Assembly: GCF_019636155.1 (NCBI RefSeq)
Contig: NZ_JAHBYB010000004.1
Span: 155,564-219,563 of the forward strand
Source: Brevundimonas sp.
Lineage (GTDB): Bacteria; Pseudomonadota; Alphaproteobacteria; Caulobacterales; Caulobacteraceae
DNA length: 64,000 nt
Reading direction: 5' to 3'
Shown here: positions 46,828 to 57,429 of the stretch, piece after piece
Position numbering within the stretch: position 1 is the first letter of the stretch
Layout: each line of letters begins with the position of its first letter
The notes under the pieces: model-generated
The model's input: only the letters and a program-made list of their open reading frames with translations
The model's database searches: none
What the model was told of the DNA's origin: nothing
Position numbers and translations under genes: made by a program

Positions 46828-49195
46828 CGGCGTCGCCTCCCGGTCGCGTCTGCGCCGCGAGACCGAAGTCCGGTCCCACCTCCCCTATGCGCGCCATGTG
46901 AACGACCACGTCGTCGCCCTCGACAGCGGCGCGCTCATGATGGTCTTCCAGGTCGCGGGCGCGAGTTTCGAGACGGCCGACGCGCGCGACCTCAACGACT
47001 GGCACCTCAAGCTGAACCAGGCGTGGCGAAACCTCGCCGACGAGAGGCTGGCGGTCTGGCATCATATCGTCCGACGGGAGGTTCACCCGGAGCCTTCCCG
47101 AGGCCATCGGTCGGCGTTCGCGGCCAGCCTGGCCGCCGACTACGACGCCCAGATGTCGAGCCGGCGGCTCTGGATCAACGAGCTGTTCGTCACCCTCGTG
47201 CTGCAGCCCGGCCGCGACCGCACCGACCGCGCCGCCGCCATGATGCGACGCCTGCGGCAGGCGCGCCGTGACGACGGCGAGGCGATGGTCGCGCAGGTCC
47301 GCCGGCTCGAGGAGGCCGGTCGTGATCTGGCCCAGTATCTGGATCGCTACGCCCCGCGCCGCCTGGGGCTGCACGAGCGGGGCGGTCTCTGGTTCTCGGA
47401 GCCCCTGGAGGTCGTGGGCCTGATCCTGACGGGACGACGTTCGCCCGCGCCGCTCGTCTACGGCCACCTCGGCGCGGCCGCCTATACGATCAGGGCGATC
47501 TTCGGCCGCGAAACCGTGGAGCTGCGGGGCGCGGCCGGCGAGCGTTTCGGCGGAATTCTCGCCATCAAGGAGTACCCGGCGACGACACGCCCAGGCCTTT
47601 GGGATGCGCTGCTCAACGCCCGCTTCGGCTTCGTCATGTCGCAGTCGTTCGCCTTCCTGTCGAAGGCGGCGGCGCGCGCGGTGATGGAGCGCAAGCAGAA
47701 CCAGATGGTGTCGGCCCGCGACAAGGCCGGCTCCCAGATCGCCGGCCTGTCTGACGCCCTGGATGATCTGGTCAGCAACCGGTTCGTGATGGGCGAACAT
47801 CAGGCGTCCGTCCTGGTCCATGGCGACACCCCCGTCGCCCTGGCGGACCATCTGTCGAAGGCGCGCGCCATCCTCGCCGACTCCGGCCTGGTGGTGGCAC
47901 GCGAAGATCTGGGGCTGGAGGCGGCGTTCTGGTCGCAGTTTCCGGGGGTCTTCTCCCGCCGCACCCGACCGGCGGCGATCACCTCGCGCAACTTCGCGGC
48001 GCTGGCCCCCCTGCACGCCCACCCGGTCGGCAAGGCGGACGGCAATCACTGGGGTCCGGCGGTCGCCGTTTTGCGTACGACGGCCGGGTCACCCTTCCAC
48101 TTCAACTTCCACGTCGGCGACGTGGGCCACACCTTCATCTGCGGCCCGTCGGGGTCCGGCAAGACGGTCGTCCAGAACTTCATGCTGGCGCAGCTGGAGC
48201 GGTTCGGCGCCCAGCAGATCTTCATCGACAAGGATCGCGGCGCCGAAATCTTCGTGCGGGCCAGCGGCGGGACCTATCTTGCGCTTCGCAACGGCGAGCC
48301 GACGGGCTTCGCCCCCTTCAAGGCGCTCCCGCCGTCTCCGTCCAACCGGGCCTTCCTCGTCCGGTTGATCCGCACGCTGGTCGCCCGGCCCGACGAGACC
48401 CTGTCCGTCGCCCAGGCCCGGTCGATCGACGAAGGCGTGTCGGCGCTCGAGGCGCTGCCGCGCGAACGCCGCTCCATCGCCGCCATGCGCAGTCTACTTG
48501 GCCAGGCGGACGCTGGCGGCATCGGCGCCCGTCTGGAACGCTGGCAGAAGGGCGGCCCGCTCGGCTGGGTGCTCGACAACGACGAGGACGCGCTCAGCCT
48601 CGAGGCCCGGTTCGCTGGCTTCGACATGACCCACGTCCTGGACCACGACGAGGTCCGGACCCCGGCCATGCTCTACCTGTTCCACCGCATCACGGAGCGG
48701 GTCGATGGTCGGCGGCTGGTCCTGGACATCGACGAGTTCTGGAAGGTGCTGGGCGACGCCGCCTTCACCGATCTGGCCCAGGACGGGCTGAAGACCTGGC
48801 GCAAGCAGAACGCCTTCATGGTGTTCGGCACCCAGTCGCCGGCGGACGTCCTGCGCTCGCCGATCGCCCACGCCATCCTGGAACAGTGCGCGACCCAGAT
48901 CTTCCTGCCGAACGCTCACGGCCAGGCGCGCGACTATGTCGACGGCTTCGGGCTGACGCAGGAGGAATTCCGGCTCGTGCGCGAGGAGCTGACGCCGGAG
49001 TCCCACCGCTTCCTCGTCAAGCAGGGCCACGACAGCGTCGTCGTCGAACTGAACCTCGACGGCATGGACGACGCCTTGGCGATCCTGTCCGGTCGCGCCG
49101 GGACCGTCGGCTTGCTGGACCGCATCCGCGCCGAGGTCGGCGACGATTACGCGCTCTGGCGCGCCCCCTTTCACGCCCAAAGGAGAATGTCATGA
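46820..49195 (+). CDS. virB4: T4SS ATPase
   Basis: GPSGSGKT Walker A, IDEFW, RKQN, TQSP. Confidence 0.95.
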   Translation: MADGVASRSRLRRETEVRSHLPYARHVNDHVVALDSGALMMVFQVAGASFETADARDLNDWHLKLNQAWRNLADERLAVWHHIVRREVHPEPSRGHRSAFAASLAADYDAQMSSRRLWINELFVTLVLQPGRDRTDRAAAMMRRLRQARRDDGEAMVAQVRRLEEAGRDLAQYLDRYAPRRLGLHERGGLWFSEPLEVVGLILTGRRSPAPLVYGHLGAAAYTIRAIFGRETVELRGAAGERFGGILAIKEYPATTRPGLWDALLNARFGFVMSQSFAFLSKAAARAVMERKQNQMVSARDKAGSQIAGLSDALDDLVSNRFVMGEHQASVLVHGDTPVALADHLSKARAILADSGLVVAREDLGLEAAFWSQFPGVFSRRTRPAAITSRNFAALAPLHAHPVGKADGNHWGPAVAVLRTTAGSPFHFNFHVGDVGHTFICGPSGSGKTVVQNFMLAQLERFGAQQIFIDKDRGAEIFVRASGGTYLALRNGEPTGFAPFKALPPSPSNRAFLVRLIRTLVARPDETLSVAQARSIDEGVSALEALPRERRSIAAMRSLLGQADAGGIGARLERWQKGGPLGWVLDNDEDALSLEARFAGFDMTHVLDHDEVRTPAMLYLFHRITERVDGRRLVLDIDEFWKVLGDAAFTDLAQDGLKTWRKQNAFMVFGTQSPADVLRSPIAHAILEQCATQIFLPNAHGQARDYVDGFGLTQEEFRLVREELTPESHRFLVKQGHDSVVVELNLDGMDDALAILSGRAGTVGLLDRIRAEVGDDYALWRAPFHAQRRMS

Positions 49196-49920
49196 CCCTT
49201 CGCCATCTGGCGTCGGCCGCCCTGGCCGGCGCCCTGCTGCTCGCCGGCCCCGCCGCCCAGGCCCAGCAGCTCGTCCACGATCCGCGAGCTCTCGGGCAGA
49301 TGATCGAGGACGCCCGCACCAGCCTGCAGCAGCTTCAGGCCCTGCAGGCGCAGATCGAGGAGCAGCGGGCGCTCTTCGAGAGCCTCAACGACATCTCGGA
49401 CGTCAATGGACTGGCTCAGGCGCTCGGCCTGCCCGAGGTTCGCAATCCCCTGCCCGACAGCCGGTCCCTGCGCGCCGCCGCCGAAGGCGATCTGTCGGCC
49501 CTGGGCGCCCTTGCCGAGCGGGCCGGCGCGATCCGGCGCGAGACGCGCCTCTTCACCCCGCCCGCGGGCGACCTGTCCGAGGCTGACGCCTACTACCGCG
49601 ACAGCCTGGAGCGCGCCGGAGCCCGCACGGCCCGGGATCTGGCGATCGGCGAAGCCGTGGGCGAAGCGTCCGACCGTCGACTCGAGGGTCTGGAGACGCT
49701 GCGCCGCGCCCTGGACACCGCGCCGAGCGCGCGCGCCGTGATGGATCTTGAGGCCCGCCTGGCGGCCGAACAGGCTCTCATCCAGAACGAGCAACTGCGT
49801 CTTCAGGGACTCGCCGTCACCCAGGCGGCCGAGGCGCGGCTGGAGGAGCAGAGAAGCCGCGAGCGCGCCGAGGCGGCCCGGGCAGCCCGCCAGGCGACCT
49901 ACGAGCGCGTGTTCCAGTGA
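49192..49920 (+). CDS. virB5: Minor pilin
   Basis: Signal peptide, VHDP, coiled coil, DLEARLAAEQ. Confidence 0.85.
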   Translation: MTLRHLASAALAGALLLAGPAAQAQQLVHDPRALGQMIEDARTSLQQLQALQAQIEEQRALFESLNDISDVNGLAQALGLPEVRNPLPDSRSLRAAAEGDLSALGALAERAGAIRRETRLFTPPAGDLSEADAYYRDSLERAGARTARDLAIGEAVGEASDRRLEGLETLRRALDTAPSARAVMDLEARLAAEQALIQNEQLRLQGLAVTQAAEARLEEQRSRERAEAARAARQATYERVFQ

Positions 49921-50141
49921 GGCGCGGGCTTCTCTTGGGCATTGTCGCCCTCGCGGCCTGCTCCCCGCCGCCCCGCGACGCCAAGGCCTTCGCCGACGAC
50001 CCGGACGCGGCTGCCCGCGTCGTCGCCGATTGCGACGCCGGAACCCGCCGCCCCGACTGCGCAGCCGCGCGGGAGGGCCTGACGGAAGCCCGCCGGCGCG
50101 AGCGAATGGACGCCTATGCCCGGACGTTCGGCGAGCCCTGA
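49917..50141 (+). CDS. Entry-exclusion lipoprotein (EexN-like)
   Basis: Lipobox LAAC, C-x8-C, position between virB5 and virB6. Confidence 0.75.
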   Translation: MRRGLLLGIVALAACSPPPRDAKAFADDPDAAARVVADCDAGTRRPDCAAAREGLTEARRRERMDAYARTFGEP

Positions 50142-50143
50142 CT

Positions 50144-51064
50144 ATGTCGTTCCGCGTCTTTGAGCCGAGCTACGACTTCATCGACGAGAGCCTCAGTGTG
50201 TTCCTCGGCGACCGGCTGTCATCGGTGATCGCCCAGGTGGACGGGCCGTTGCGGGTCGCCCTGCTCCTCTATGTGGTCCTGTACGGCTTCGCCATCCTGC
50301 GCGGCGCCATCACCGAGCCGGTGAGGGATTTCGCCGTCCGCTCCATCAAGCTCGCCCTGCTCTATGCGTTGGCGACGACCACCGCCTACTCCACCTTCGT
50401 CACCGAGCCTCTGTTCACCGACCTGCCGAACGCCCTGACGCGGGCCGTCAGCGGTTCGGAGACGCCCAGCGTGGGCGCCGCCTTCGACCAGTTCTTCGCC
50501 TACGCCGCCTGGCTGGGCGAGGACATTTCCCGGGACGCCTCGGCCTTCAACCCGGCCCCCTACATCGTCGCTGCCGGTGTTTTCATCATCGGAGCCCTGG
50601 CCGCCGCCCTCGGCTTCGGGGTCGTGCTGGTCGCCAAGCTGGCGCTGGCGCTTCTCGTCACCCTTGGGCCGATCTTCATCGCCTGCGCCCTGTTTGACGC
50701 AACGCGACGCTATTTCTTCGGCTGGCTGAGCCAGGCGGTGAACTACCTCGTCCTGTTCGCTCTGATCATCGTCATCTTCCAGCTGGTCCTGTCGTTGGTG
50801 CGAGACCAGTGGGGCTCGATCCAGGGCGCCGACCCCATGATCGGCGGCCTGATCTTCATCGCCCTGTGCCTGCTGGGCGCGATCTTCTTCCTGCAGACGC
50901 CGGCGATCGCGGCGGGCATCGCCGGCGGCGCAAGCGCGGGCCTCGCCGACTTCGCCAACGCCGCCGCGCTCGGCTCGAGTTCGTCCGGACGCGCCCGGGG
51001 TCCGCAGGAGGCCAGCCGTCAGCCGCCCCGGGGCGGCGGAACCATCCGACCGAACGGAGCCTGA
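50144..51064 (+). CDS. virB6: T4SS polytopic membrane protein
   Basis: LGPIFIACALF..TRRYFFGW motif. Confidence 0.9.
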   Translation: MSFRVFEPSYDFIDESLSVFLGDRLSSVIAQVDGPLRVALLLYVVLYGFAILRGAITEPVRDFAVRSIKLALLYALATTTAYSTFVTEPLFTDLPNALTRAVSGSETPSVGAAFDQFFAYAAWLGEDISRDASAFNPAPYIVAAGVFIIGALAAALGFGVVLVAKLALALLVTLGPIFIACALFDATRRYFFGWLSQAVNYLVLFALIIVIFQLVLSLVRDQWGSIQGADPMIGGLIFIALCLLGAIFFLQTPAIAAGIAGGASAGLADFANAAALGSSSSGRARGPQEASRQPPRGGGTIRPNGA

Positions 51065-51065
51065 C

Positions 51066-51272
51066 ATGAGCCTTCGCCTGCTGCTGATCCTGAGCGCCCT
51101 GCTGGGCGGATGCGCCACCGGCCGCACGGATGCGCCGGCGACGTGCGACGGGCGCGATCGCCGTCCCGCCAACCCTCACGGCTCGATCCTCGTCGCCTCA
51201 ACGCCGGCGGCCCCGCCTGCGCCCGCGGCTCAGCCGAACCCGTCTGAACCCTCCGCCGGGGGCTGCGCATGA
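51066..51272 (+). CDS. virB7: T4SS lipoprotein
   Basis: Lipobox LGGC, C.G..RRPAN motif, position. Confidence 0.7.
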   Translation: MSLRLLLILSALLGGCATGRTDAPATCDGRDRRPANPHGSILVASTPAAPPAPAAQPNPSEPSAGGCA

Positions 51273-51952
51273 CCGGCGTCCCGTCCGACGAACTGAAGCG
51301 CTATTTCAGAGAGGCGCGGCGGTGGGACCAGGATCGTCTGGCCGGCGCCCTGCGGTCGCGCGGTCTGGCCTGGACGGTGGCCGGCGTGGCGGCGGCCCTG
51401 GCGATCGCGGCGACGACAGCCGTGACCGTCCTGACCCCGCTGAAGACCAGCGAACCGTTCGTCATTCGCGTCGATCGAACGACCGGATCGGTTGACGTCG
51501 TGCGCGGCCTCTCCGGCGAGGACGGACCGGCCCGCTACGACGAGGCGGTCAGCAAATACTTCCTGGGCCAGTACGTTCGGGCTCGCGAAGGTTACCTCGA
51601 TCCGGCCGCCGAGGACGCCTTCCGTCAGGTCTCGATCCTGTCCGCCCCGGCGGAACAGCGTCGCTGGGCCGAACTCTACCGCGGCTCCAATCCCGACAGC
51701 CCGCAGAACCTCTATGGGCAGGACGGCGAGGCCGTGGTGTCGATCCGCGCGATCGGCTTCATCAACGACAGCGTCGCCAACGTCCGGTTCCGCCGGACCG
51801 TTCGCCAGGCCCAACAGGTCGCCGAGAGCGACTGGATCGCCACGATCGCCTTCGCCTACACCCGCGCCCCGATGTCGGAGGCGGATCGGCTCCGCAACCC
51901 GCTCGGCTTCCAGGTGACGTCCTATCGCGCCGACCCGGAGGTCATCCGATGA
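51269..51952 (+). CDS. virB8: T4SS protein
   Basis: PLKT.EPFVIRVD..TG, YVRAREGY, NPLGFQV..Y. Confidence 0.93.
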   Translation: MTGVPSDELKRYFREARRWDQDRLAGALRSRGLAWTVAGVAAALAIAATTAVTVLTPLKTSEPFVIRVDRTTGSVDVVRGLSGEDGPARYDEAVSKYFLGQYVRAREGYLDPAAEDAFRQVSILSAPAEQRRWAELYRGSNPDSPQNLYGQDGEAVVSIRAIGFINDSVANVRFRRTVRQAQQVAESDWIATIAFAYTRAPMSEADRLRNPLGFQVTSYRADPEVIR

Positions 51953-52770
51953 GAACCCCGACACTCCTTTTGGCCGCCGCTGTCATGGCGACAGCGGGCC
52001 CGGCTCTGGCCCAATCGGACGGGAGCGACCGCATCCAGGAGCTCACCTACGCCCCGCATGGCGTCTATCAGGTCTCCGGCGCCTTTCGCACGGCGACCCA
52101 GATCATCTTCTCGCCCGAGGAGACGATCCGGCACGCCGCCATCGGCGATAGCGTGGCCTGGGAGGTCGCGGCGGAGGGGTCCGTCCTCTTCCTGAAGCCG
52201 CGCGAGCGACACCAGTCCACCAATCTATTGGTCGTGACGGAGAGGGGCGGCGTCGCCCGCCACTACGTCTTCGAACTGCGGGCTCACGACCGGTCCGCCA
52301 GGGAGGCCGCCTACCAGATCCGGTTCCGGTATCCTGACGACGAACGGGCCCGGGCGGCCGCCGCCCTCGCGGCGTCGGCCGAGGCGGCGGAGGAACGCCT
52401 CCTCGGTCTTGAGCTTCAGGCCGGCGCCATCGAGGGACGGCGCAACCTCGCCTATTCCGTCCAGGGGGATGCGGCGCTCCAGCCCAGCGAGGTCACCGAT
52501 AACGGCCGGTTCACCGTGCTGCGCTTCCCGGGCGCCCAGCCGGTCCCCGCCATCTTCGAAGTCGCTCACGACGGATCCGAGCGGCTCGTGCCCTATGACG
52601 TCCGCGGCGAATTCGTGGTGATCCACGGCGTGGTCGCCGGCCTGCGCCTGCGCCATGGCGGGTCGGTCCTCTGCATCTTCAACGACGCCTTCGATCCACG
52701 CGGGCGCGCCACCGGCACCGGAACGGCGTCCCCGGCCGTCGATCGGACCGTGACGGGAGACCGGCCATGA
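51949..52770 (+). CDS. virB9: T4SS core complex protein
   Basis: IGDSVAW, LFLKP, TNLLVVT, DNGRFT motifs. Confidence 0.92.
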   Translation: MRTPTLLLAAAVMATAGPALAQSDGSDRIQELTYAPHGVYQVSGAFRTATQIIFSPEETIRHAAIGDSVAWEVAAEGSVLFLKPRERHQSTNLLVVTERGGVARHYVFELRAHDRSAREAAYQIRFRYPDDERARAAAALAASAEAAEERLLGLELQAGAIEGRRNLAYSVQGDAALQPSEVTDNGRFTVLRFPGAQPVPAIFEVAHDGSERLVPYDVRGEFVVIHGVVAGLRLRHGGSVLCIFNDAFDPRGRATGTGTASPAVDRTVTGDRP

Positions 52771-53900
52771 CCGACGACACCCCGCCCCCGCCCGCAGAGA
52801 CCCCGGAAACGCCCACTGCCGTGCGGGATCGGGGTGTCTCCCCTGTCGCGGGCCGGTTCGGCGGCCGGCAAGGGCGGATGATCACGCTTGCCGCCCTCGC
52901 GGCGGGTTGCGGCGTCTTCCTGTTCGCCACCTGGGATCGCGGCGACGCGCGGGACCGCGACCGGGAGGCGGACGACACGCCGCCGCGCCAGCTGGCGCCG
53001 TTCGAGCCGGCGCGTCGACCCGAGCCGCCCCTGCTCGAGACAGCCAACACGGACCCTTTCGCACCGACGCTCGTGGACGAGGGCGAGCCGGCGCCCGCGA
53101 TCGAACCAGGCCCACGGGGCGGTTCGTCGTCCGGACCGACGCCGGCGGAGCAGCGGCGCGCTCTCGCCGAAAGCGCCCAGCGCGCGCCCGTGCTCGCCTA
53201 CAGCCGCCCCGGCCGCCCCGCGGATCGGGCCGCCGCCGTTGCTGAGCCCCTGCTCGCCTCGGATCGATCGGGCGACCCCGGCCATGAGCTCGACGCGCTG
53301 CGCCGGGTGAGCCCGATCGGCTCCGCGCGGGCGGGCCGCCTGCCGGACCGCAACCTCCTGATCACGGCCGGCTCGAGCGTGCCCTGCGTCCTGCAGACGG
53401 CGATGGACAGCTCCACCCCAGGCTATGTCAGCTGCCTGATTTCGCGGGATGTCTATTCCGAGAACGGCGCGGTCGTCCTGCTGGAACGGGGAACGCGGGT
53501 GCTGGGCGAGTACCGCGGGGCCGTGGAGCCGGGCCGGGGCCGGCTGTTCGTGCTGTGGACCCGCGCGGTCACGCCCGCGGGCGTCGCGGTCGCTCTGGCC
53601 TCGCCCGCGGCGGACGCGCTCGGCCGCGCCGGCTTCGACGGCGCGGTGGACGCCCGGTTCTGGGACCGGTTCGGCGCGGCCCTGCTGCTGTCGGTCGTGG
53701 ACGACGCCGCCTACGCCGCGGCCGGCGGCGGCCAGTCCCTGCAGTCCACGGGCCGCGTCCCGTCAGACGCCGCATCCGTCGCCCTCCAGGGCTCGATCGG
53801 CATCCGCCCCACCTTGCGCAAGGCCCAGGGGTCCGAGGTGTCGATCTTCGTGGCGCAGGACCTCGACTTCGCGGACGTCTATCGCCTGCGGCCGAGGTGA
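52767..53900 (+). CDS. virB10: T4SS core complex protein
   Basis: PCVLQTA, DALGRAG, RFWDRFGAALLLS, FVAQDLDF. Confidence 0.92.
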   Translation: MTDDTPPPPAETPETPTAVRDRGVSPVAGRFGGRQGRMITLAALAAGCGVFLFATWDRGDARDRDREADDTPPRQLAPFEPARRPEPPLLETANTDPFAPTLVDEGEPAPAIEPGPRGGSSSGPTPAEQRRALAESAQRAPVLAYSRPGRPADRAAAVAEPLLASDRSGDPGHELDALRRVSPIGSARAGRLPDRNLLITAGSSVPCVLQTAMDSSTPGYVSCLISRDVYSENGAVVLLERGTRVLGEYRGAVEPGRGRLFVLWTRAVTPAGVAVALASPAADALGRAGFDGAVDARFWDRFGAALLLSVVDDAAYAAAGGGQSLQSTGRVPSDAASVALQGSIGIRPTLRKAQGSEVSIFVAQDLDFADVYRLRPR

Positions 53901-54907
53901 TGCGCGACACCTCCGTCATCGACCATTACCTCGCCCCGCTCCGGCCCTTCCTGGCGCCGGCGCCGGTCACCGAGGTCGTGGTCAACCGGCCCCAAGAGGT
54001 CGGGGTAGAGCATCCGGACGGCTGGCGCTGGCATGAGGTGCCCGAGTTGACGGAAAGCTGGCTGCGCACCCTGGCGGTGGCGGCCGCCGCCTGCACGGGA
54101 CAGGATGTCGACGCCGAGCGGCCCATCTGTTCGACCGTTCTCCCCGGCGACGCGCGCTGCCAGATCGTGCTGCCGCCGGTCGTCCCCGCCGGCGCCGTCT
54201 CCCTGACGATCCGGAAGCCGTCCGCGACGCGCATGAGTCTCGAGGACTTCCGCGTCGCCGGTCTGTTCAACGCGGCCGAGACCGTGCGCGGCGGGGCGAT
54301 CGACGAGACCGACGCCGCGCTGATCCAGTTGCGGGAAGCGGGAGATTGGGTCGGCTTCTTCCGGCTGGCGGTCGAAAGCCGTCGCAACATCCTGATCTCG
54401 GGCGCGACCGGGTCCGGCAAGACGACCTTCGCCAAAGGGTTGGTCGAGCTCATCCCCGATCACGAGCGGCTGCTGACCATCGAGGACACGCGCGAACTGA
54501 TCCTGCCCCAGCGCAACGTCGTCCACCTGCTCTACTCCAAGGACGGCCAGGGTCTGGCCAGGGTCGGCCCCAAGGCGCTGCTGGAAAGCGCGCTCCGTAT
54601 GCGGCCGGATCGGATCCTGCTGCAGGAGCTGCGCGACGGAACGGCCTTCTTCTTCCTGCGCACCGTCAACTCCGGCCATCCCGGATCGATCACCACCGTC
54701 CACGCCGATTCCGCCACTTTGGCCTTCGAGCAGCTGACCCTGCTGGTCCGCGAGTCCGAGGGCGGTCGCGATCTGCCGCGCGACGACATCCGCACCCTGC
54801 TGCACCTGATGGTCGATGTGGTGGTGCAGATGAAGAAGACGGACGGCCGGTTCCTCATGACGGAGGTCTGGCATGACCCGCTTCGCAAGCGCCGCGCCGG
54901 CGACTAG
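53900..54907 (+). CDS. virB11: T4SS ATPase
   Basis: GATGSGKTT, LRMRPDRI, NSGHPGSITTVHA. Confidence 0.95.
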   Translation: MRDTSVIDHYLAPLRPFLAPAPVTEVVVNRPQEVGVEHPDGWRWHEVPELTESWLRTLAVAAAACTGQDVDAERPICSTVLPGDARCQIVLPPVVPAGAVSLTIRKPSATRMSLEDFRVAGLFNAAETVRGGAIDETDAALIQLREAGDWVGFFRLAVESRRNILISGATGSGKTTFAKGLVELIPDHERLLTIEDTRELILPQRNVVHLLYSKDGQGLARVGPKALLESALRMRPDRILLQELRDGTAFFFLRTVNSGHPGSITTVHADSATLAFEQLTLLVRESEGGRDLPRDDIRTLLHLMVDVVVQMKKTDGRFLMTEVWHDPLRKRRAGD

Positions 54908-56732
54908 GGCCGGTCTGGCCGCGGTCGCCGTCCTCGCCGCCTCCGCCCTGTTCGCGGTCGGAGCCCTGACCATCGCCCTGATCGGCCTTGGGCGCTTCTC
55001 CGCAGACATCGAGCCCGCCCGCGTGCCGGGCTGGTTCCTCTACTACCGTCATGATCCCGACGTCCGGCGCTGGCTGGCGATCGGCGCCGGCATGACGGGC
55101 CTCATACTGTTGATCCTTGCGACGGCCGCGGCCCTGGGCGTGCGCCGCCCGCTGCACGGCGCGGCCCGTTGGTCGACGGCGGGCGAACAGCGCAGGCACG
55201 GCCTGCGGGCGAAGAGCGGGCTGCTGCTGGGCGAGGCGGCGGGCGAACTCCTGATCAGCGACGGACCGGAGCATGTGATGCTCTACGCCCCGACCCGGAC
55301 CGGCAAGGGCGTCGGGGTGGTGATTCCCAATCTGCTGGCCTGGCCGGACTCGGTCGTGGTTTTGGACATCAAGCGGGAGAACTTCATGGCCACCGCCGGC
55401 TTCCGCGCCGAGGCCGGCCAGACCGTCCATCTGTTCGACCCGCTTGCGACCGACGGGCGCACGGCGCGCTTCAATCCGCTCGACCACATCGACCGGTCAT
55501 CCCCGGTCGCAGTGCTGGACGAGCTGCAGCGCATCGCGGGCATGCTGTTCCCCGCCCATAGCCATGCGGACCCGTTCTGGTCGGAGGCGGCCCGCACCGG
55601 CTTCATCGGCGTCGGCGCCTACGTCGCCGCCACGCCGGAGGCGCCGTTCACCCTGGGCGAGATCTACCGCCAGCTGACCGAGGGCGATCCGCGGGACCGT
55701 TTTCCCAAGCTGCTCGAGCAGCGCCGCAAGAACGGCGATCCCCTGCCCAGGGGGGTGGAGACGGCGCTGACCGACTTCTGCAGTTCCGGCGAGAACACCT
55801 TCGCCTCGATCCGTCAGTCGATCACCACCCGGATGGGTTTGTGGCTCAACCCCCTTGTGGACGCCGCCACCAGCGGCAGCGACTTCGACCTGCGAACGAT
55901 CCGGAACGGTCGTTTGTCGCTGTACCTGGCCGCCTCGCCCGAGAACATGGATCGGGTCGCCCCGCTTTATGCCTTGCTCTTCCAGCAGCTGGTGGACCTG
56001 AACAGCCGCGCCCTGCCCGCCCCGGGCGGTCGTCCGACCCTCGTGCTGCTGGACGAGTTCGCCCGGCTCGGCCGGGCCCCGGTGCTGGCGCACGCCTTCG
56101 CCTGGGTGGCCGGTTACGGCCTGCGGCTGCTGCCCGTGATTCAGAGCCCCTCCCAGCTGCGCGCCCTGTATGGCCCGGACCTGACCGAAGACATTCTCAC
56201 CAACTGCGGCCTGGAGATCGTCTTCGCCCCCAAGGAGCTGAAGGTGGCCCAGGAGCTCAGCGAGCGGCTCGGCTACTACACCTATCGGGCGCGCAGCCGC
56301 AGCCGCCCGACCGGCCTCGGCCAGGGCCGGCGCAGCCTGACCGACTCCGACCAGAAGCGCGCCCTGATGCTTCCCCAGGAGCTGATGCAGCTCTCGGCCA
56401 AGGCGCTGATCGTCCTCAAGGCCGGATTGTCGCCCACCCGGGGACGCAAGCTCGTCTACTACCGGGACAAGCGCTTCACTGGCAGGCTCCGTCCGCCGCC
56501 GGAAACCGCCCGCCTCCCGACGGCGATCCAGCCGTCATTCGCCGCGCCGCCTACCCGGTCCCCGTCGATCGATGACACCGACATGAACTTCGACAGCATC
56601 GTGCGCCGCTTCGCCGCCGAGGGTCTCAGGCCGCCGCCGCCCGGCGCCGGTGAAGCCGAGGTGCAGGCCTGGCTCGACCGGGTCGTCGCCGCGCCAGCCG
56701 CGACGCCGCCAACTCTTGAGCGTCAACCATGA
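54873..56732 (+). CDS. virD4: Type IV coupling protein
   Basis: LHGAARW, APTRTGKG, LLDEF, VIQS..QL...YG. Confidence 0.93.
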   Translation: MTRFASAAPATRAGLAAVAVLAASALFAVGALTIALIGLGRFSADIEPARVPGWFLYYRHDPDVRRWLAIGAGMTGLILLILATAAALGVRRPLHGAARWSTAGEQRRHGLRAKSGLLLGEAAGELLISDGPEHVMLYAPTRTGKGVGVVIPNLLAWPDSVVVLDIKRENFMATAGFRAEAGQTVHLFDPLATDGRTARFNPLDHIDRSSPVAVLDELQRIAGMLFPAHSHADPFWSEAARTGFIGVGAYVAATPEAPFTLGEIYRQLTEGDPRDRFPKLLEQRRKNGDPLPRGVETALTDFCSSGENTFASIRQSITTRMGLWLNPLVDAATSGSDFDLRTIRNGRLSLYLAASPENMDRVAPLYALLFQQLVDLNSRALPAPGGRPTLVLLDEFARLGRAPVLAHAFAWVAGYGLRLLPVIQSPSQLRALYGPDLTEDILTNCGLEIVFAPKELKVAQELSERLGYYTYRARSRSRPTGLGQGRRSLTDSDQKRALMLPQELMQLSAKALIVLKAGLSPTRGRKLVYYRDKRFTGRLRPPPETARLPTAIQPSFAAPPTRSPSIDDTDMNFDSIVRRFAAEGLRPPPPGAGEAEVQAWLDRVVAAPAATPPTLERQP

Positions 56733-57370
56733 CCCGCCCGCCTTCCGGAACAGCCCCGGTCAACCGGCTGGCGCCGCAGCCCGGCGCCTCTGCGGAGCGG
56801 CGTTCGCTCGACAAGGGCGACGTGCCCACCCAGCTGCTGGACCGCTATCTGATCGAGCGCGACCGGCAGGGTCGCCCCGAGCGCTACTATCGCGACCACA
56901 AGACCGCAGATCCCGCGTTCCGGGACCATGGGCGCGCCCTCTCGTCGCTCCACGCCTATCCGGACACGGTCGCTTCCATGCTTCGGGTCGCGCAGCACCG
57001 GAACTGGTCGCAGATCAAGGTGTCGGGGGACGAGGCCTTCCGCCGCGAGGTCTGGGTCCAGGGCCGGAGCCTCGGTCTGGAGGTCGCCGGCTACAAGCCC
57101 AGCGAACGGGACCGTCAGGCGGCGAACGAGGGCCCCGCTCGCGCCGCCGGCCGGCGCACCGCGACAGAGCCCGGGAAGGAGCCCTCCGACGAAGCCGTCA
57201 AGCGCCGCCTCGAAATGGCAGCCGTGGTGGTCCGCACCCTCATCGCCGACCCGGCCGCCCAAGCACGCCTGATGGAACGGGCCTGGGCTCGGGTACGGCC
57301 GGAGAGGGAGAAGCCTCGCGCCCCCGACGCCGATGCAAACCGGCGAGCAGAGCGGCGTCGGGAGCGTTAG
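56729..57370 (+). CDS. Stand-alone LPD7-domain protein
   Basis: AFRDHG...M..VA..RNWSQIKVSG...FRREVW..G..LGLEV.GY.P..RD pattern. Confidence 0.7.
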   Translation: MTRPPSGTAPVNRLAPQPGASAERRSLDKGDVPTQLLDRYLIERDRQGRPERYYRDHKTADPAFRDHGRALSSLHAYPDTVASMLRVAQHRNWSQIKVSGDEAFRREVWVQGRSLGLEVAGYKPSERDRQAANEGPARAAGRRTATEPGKEPSDEAVKRRLEMAAVVVRTLIADPAAQARLMERAWARVRPEREKPRAPDADANRRAERRRER

Positions 57371-57429
57371 GACAGGTCATTTCACTTCAGGCGCTGCCGG
57401 CAAAGGTTTCGGATCAGACCGGGGGCGCC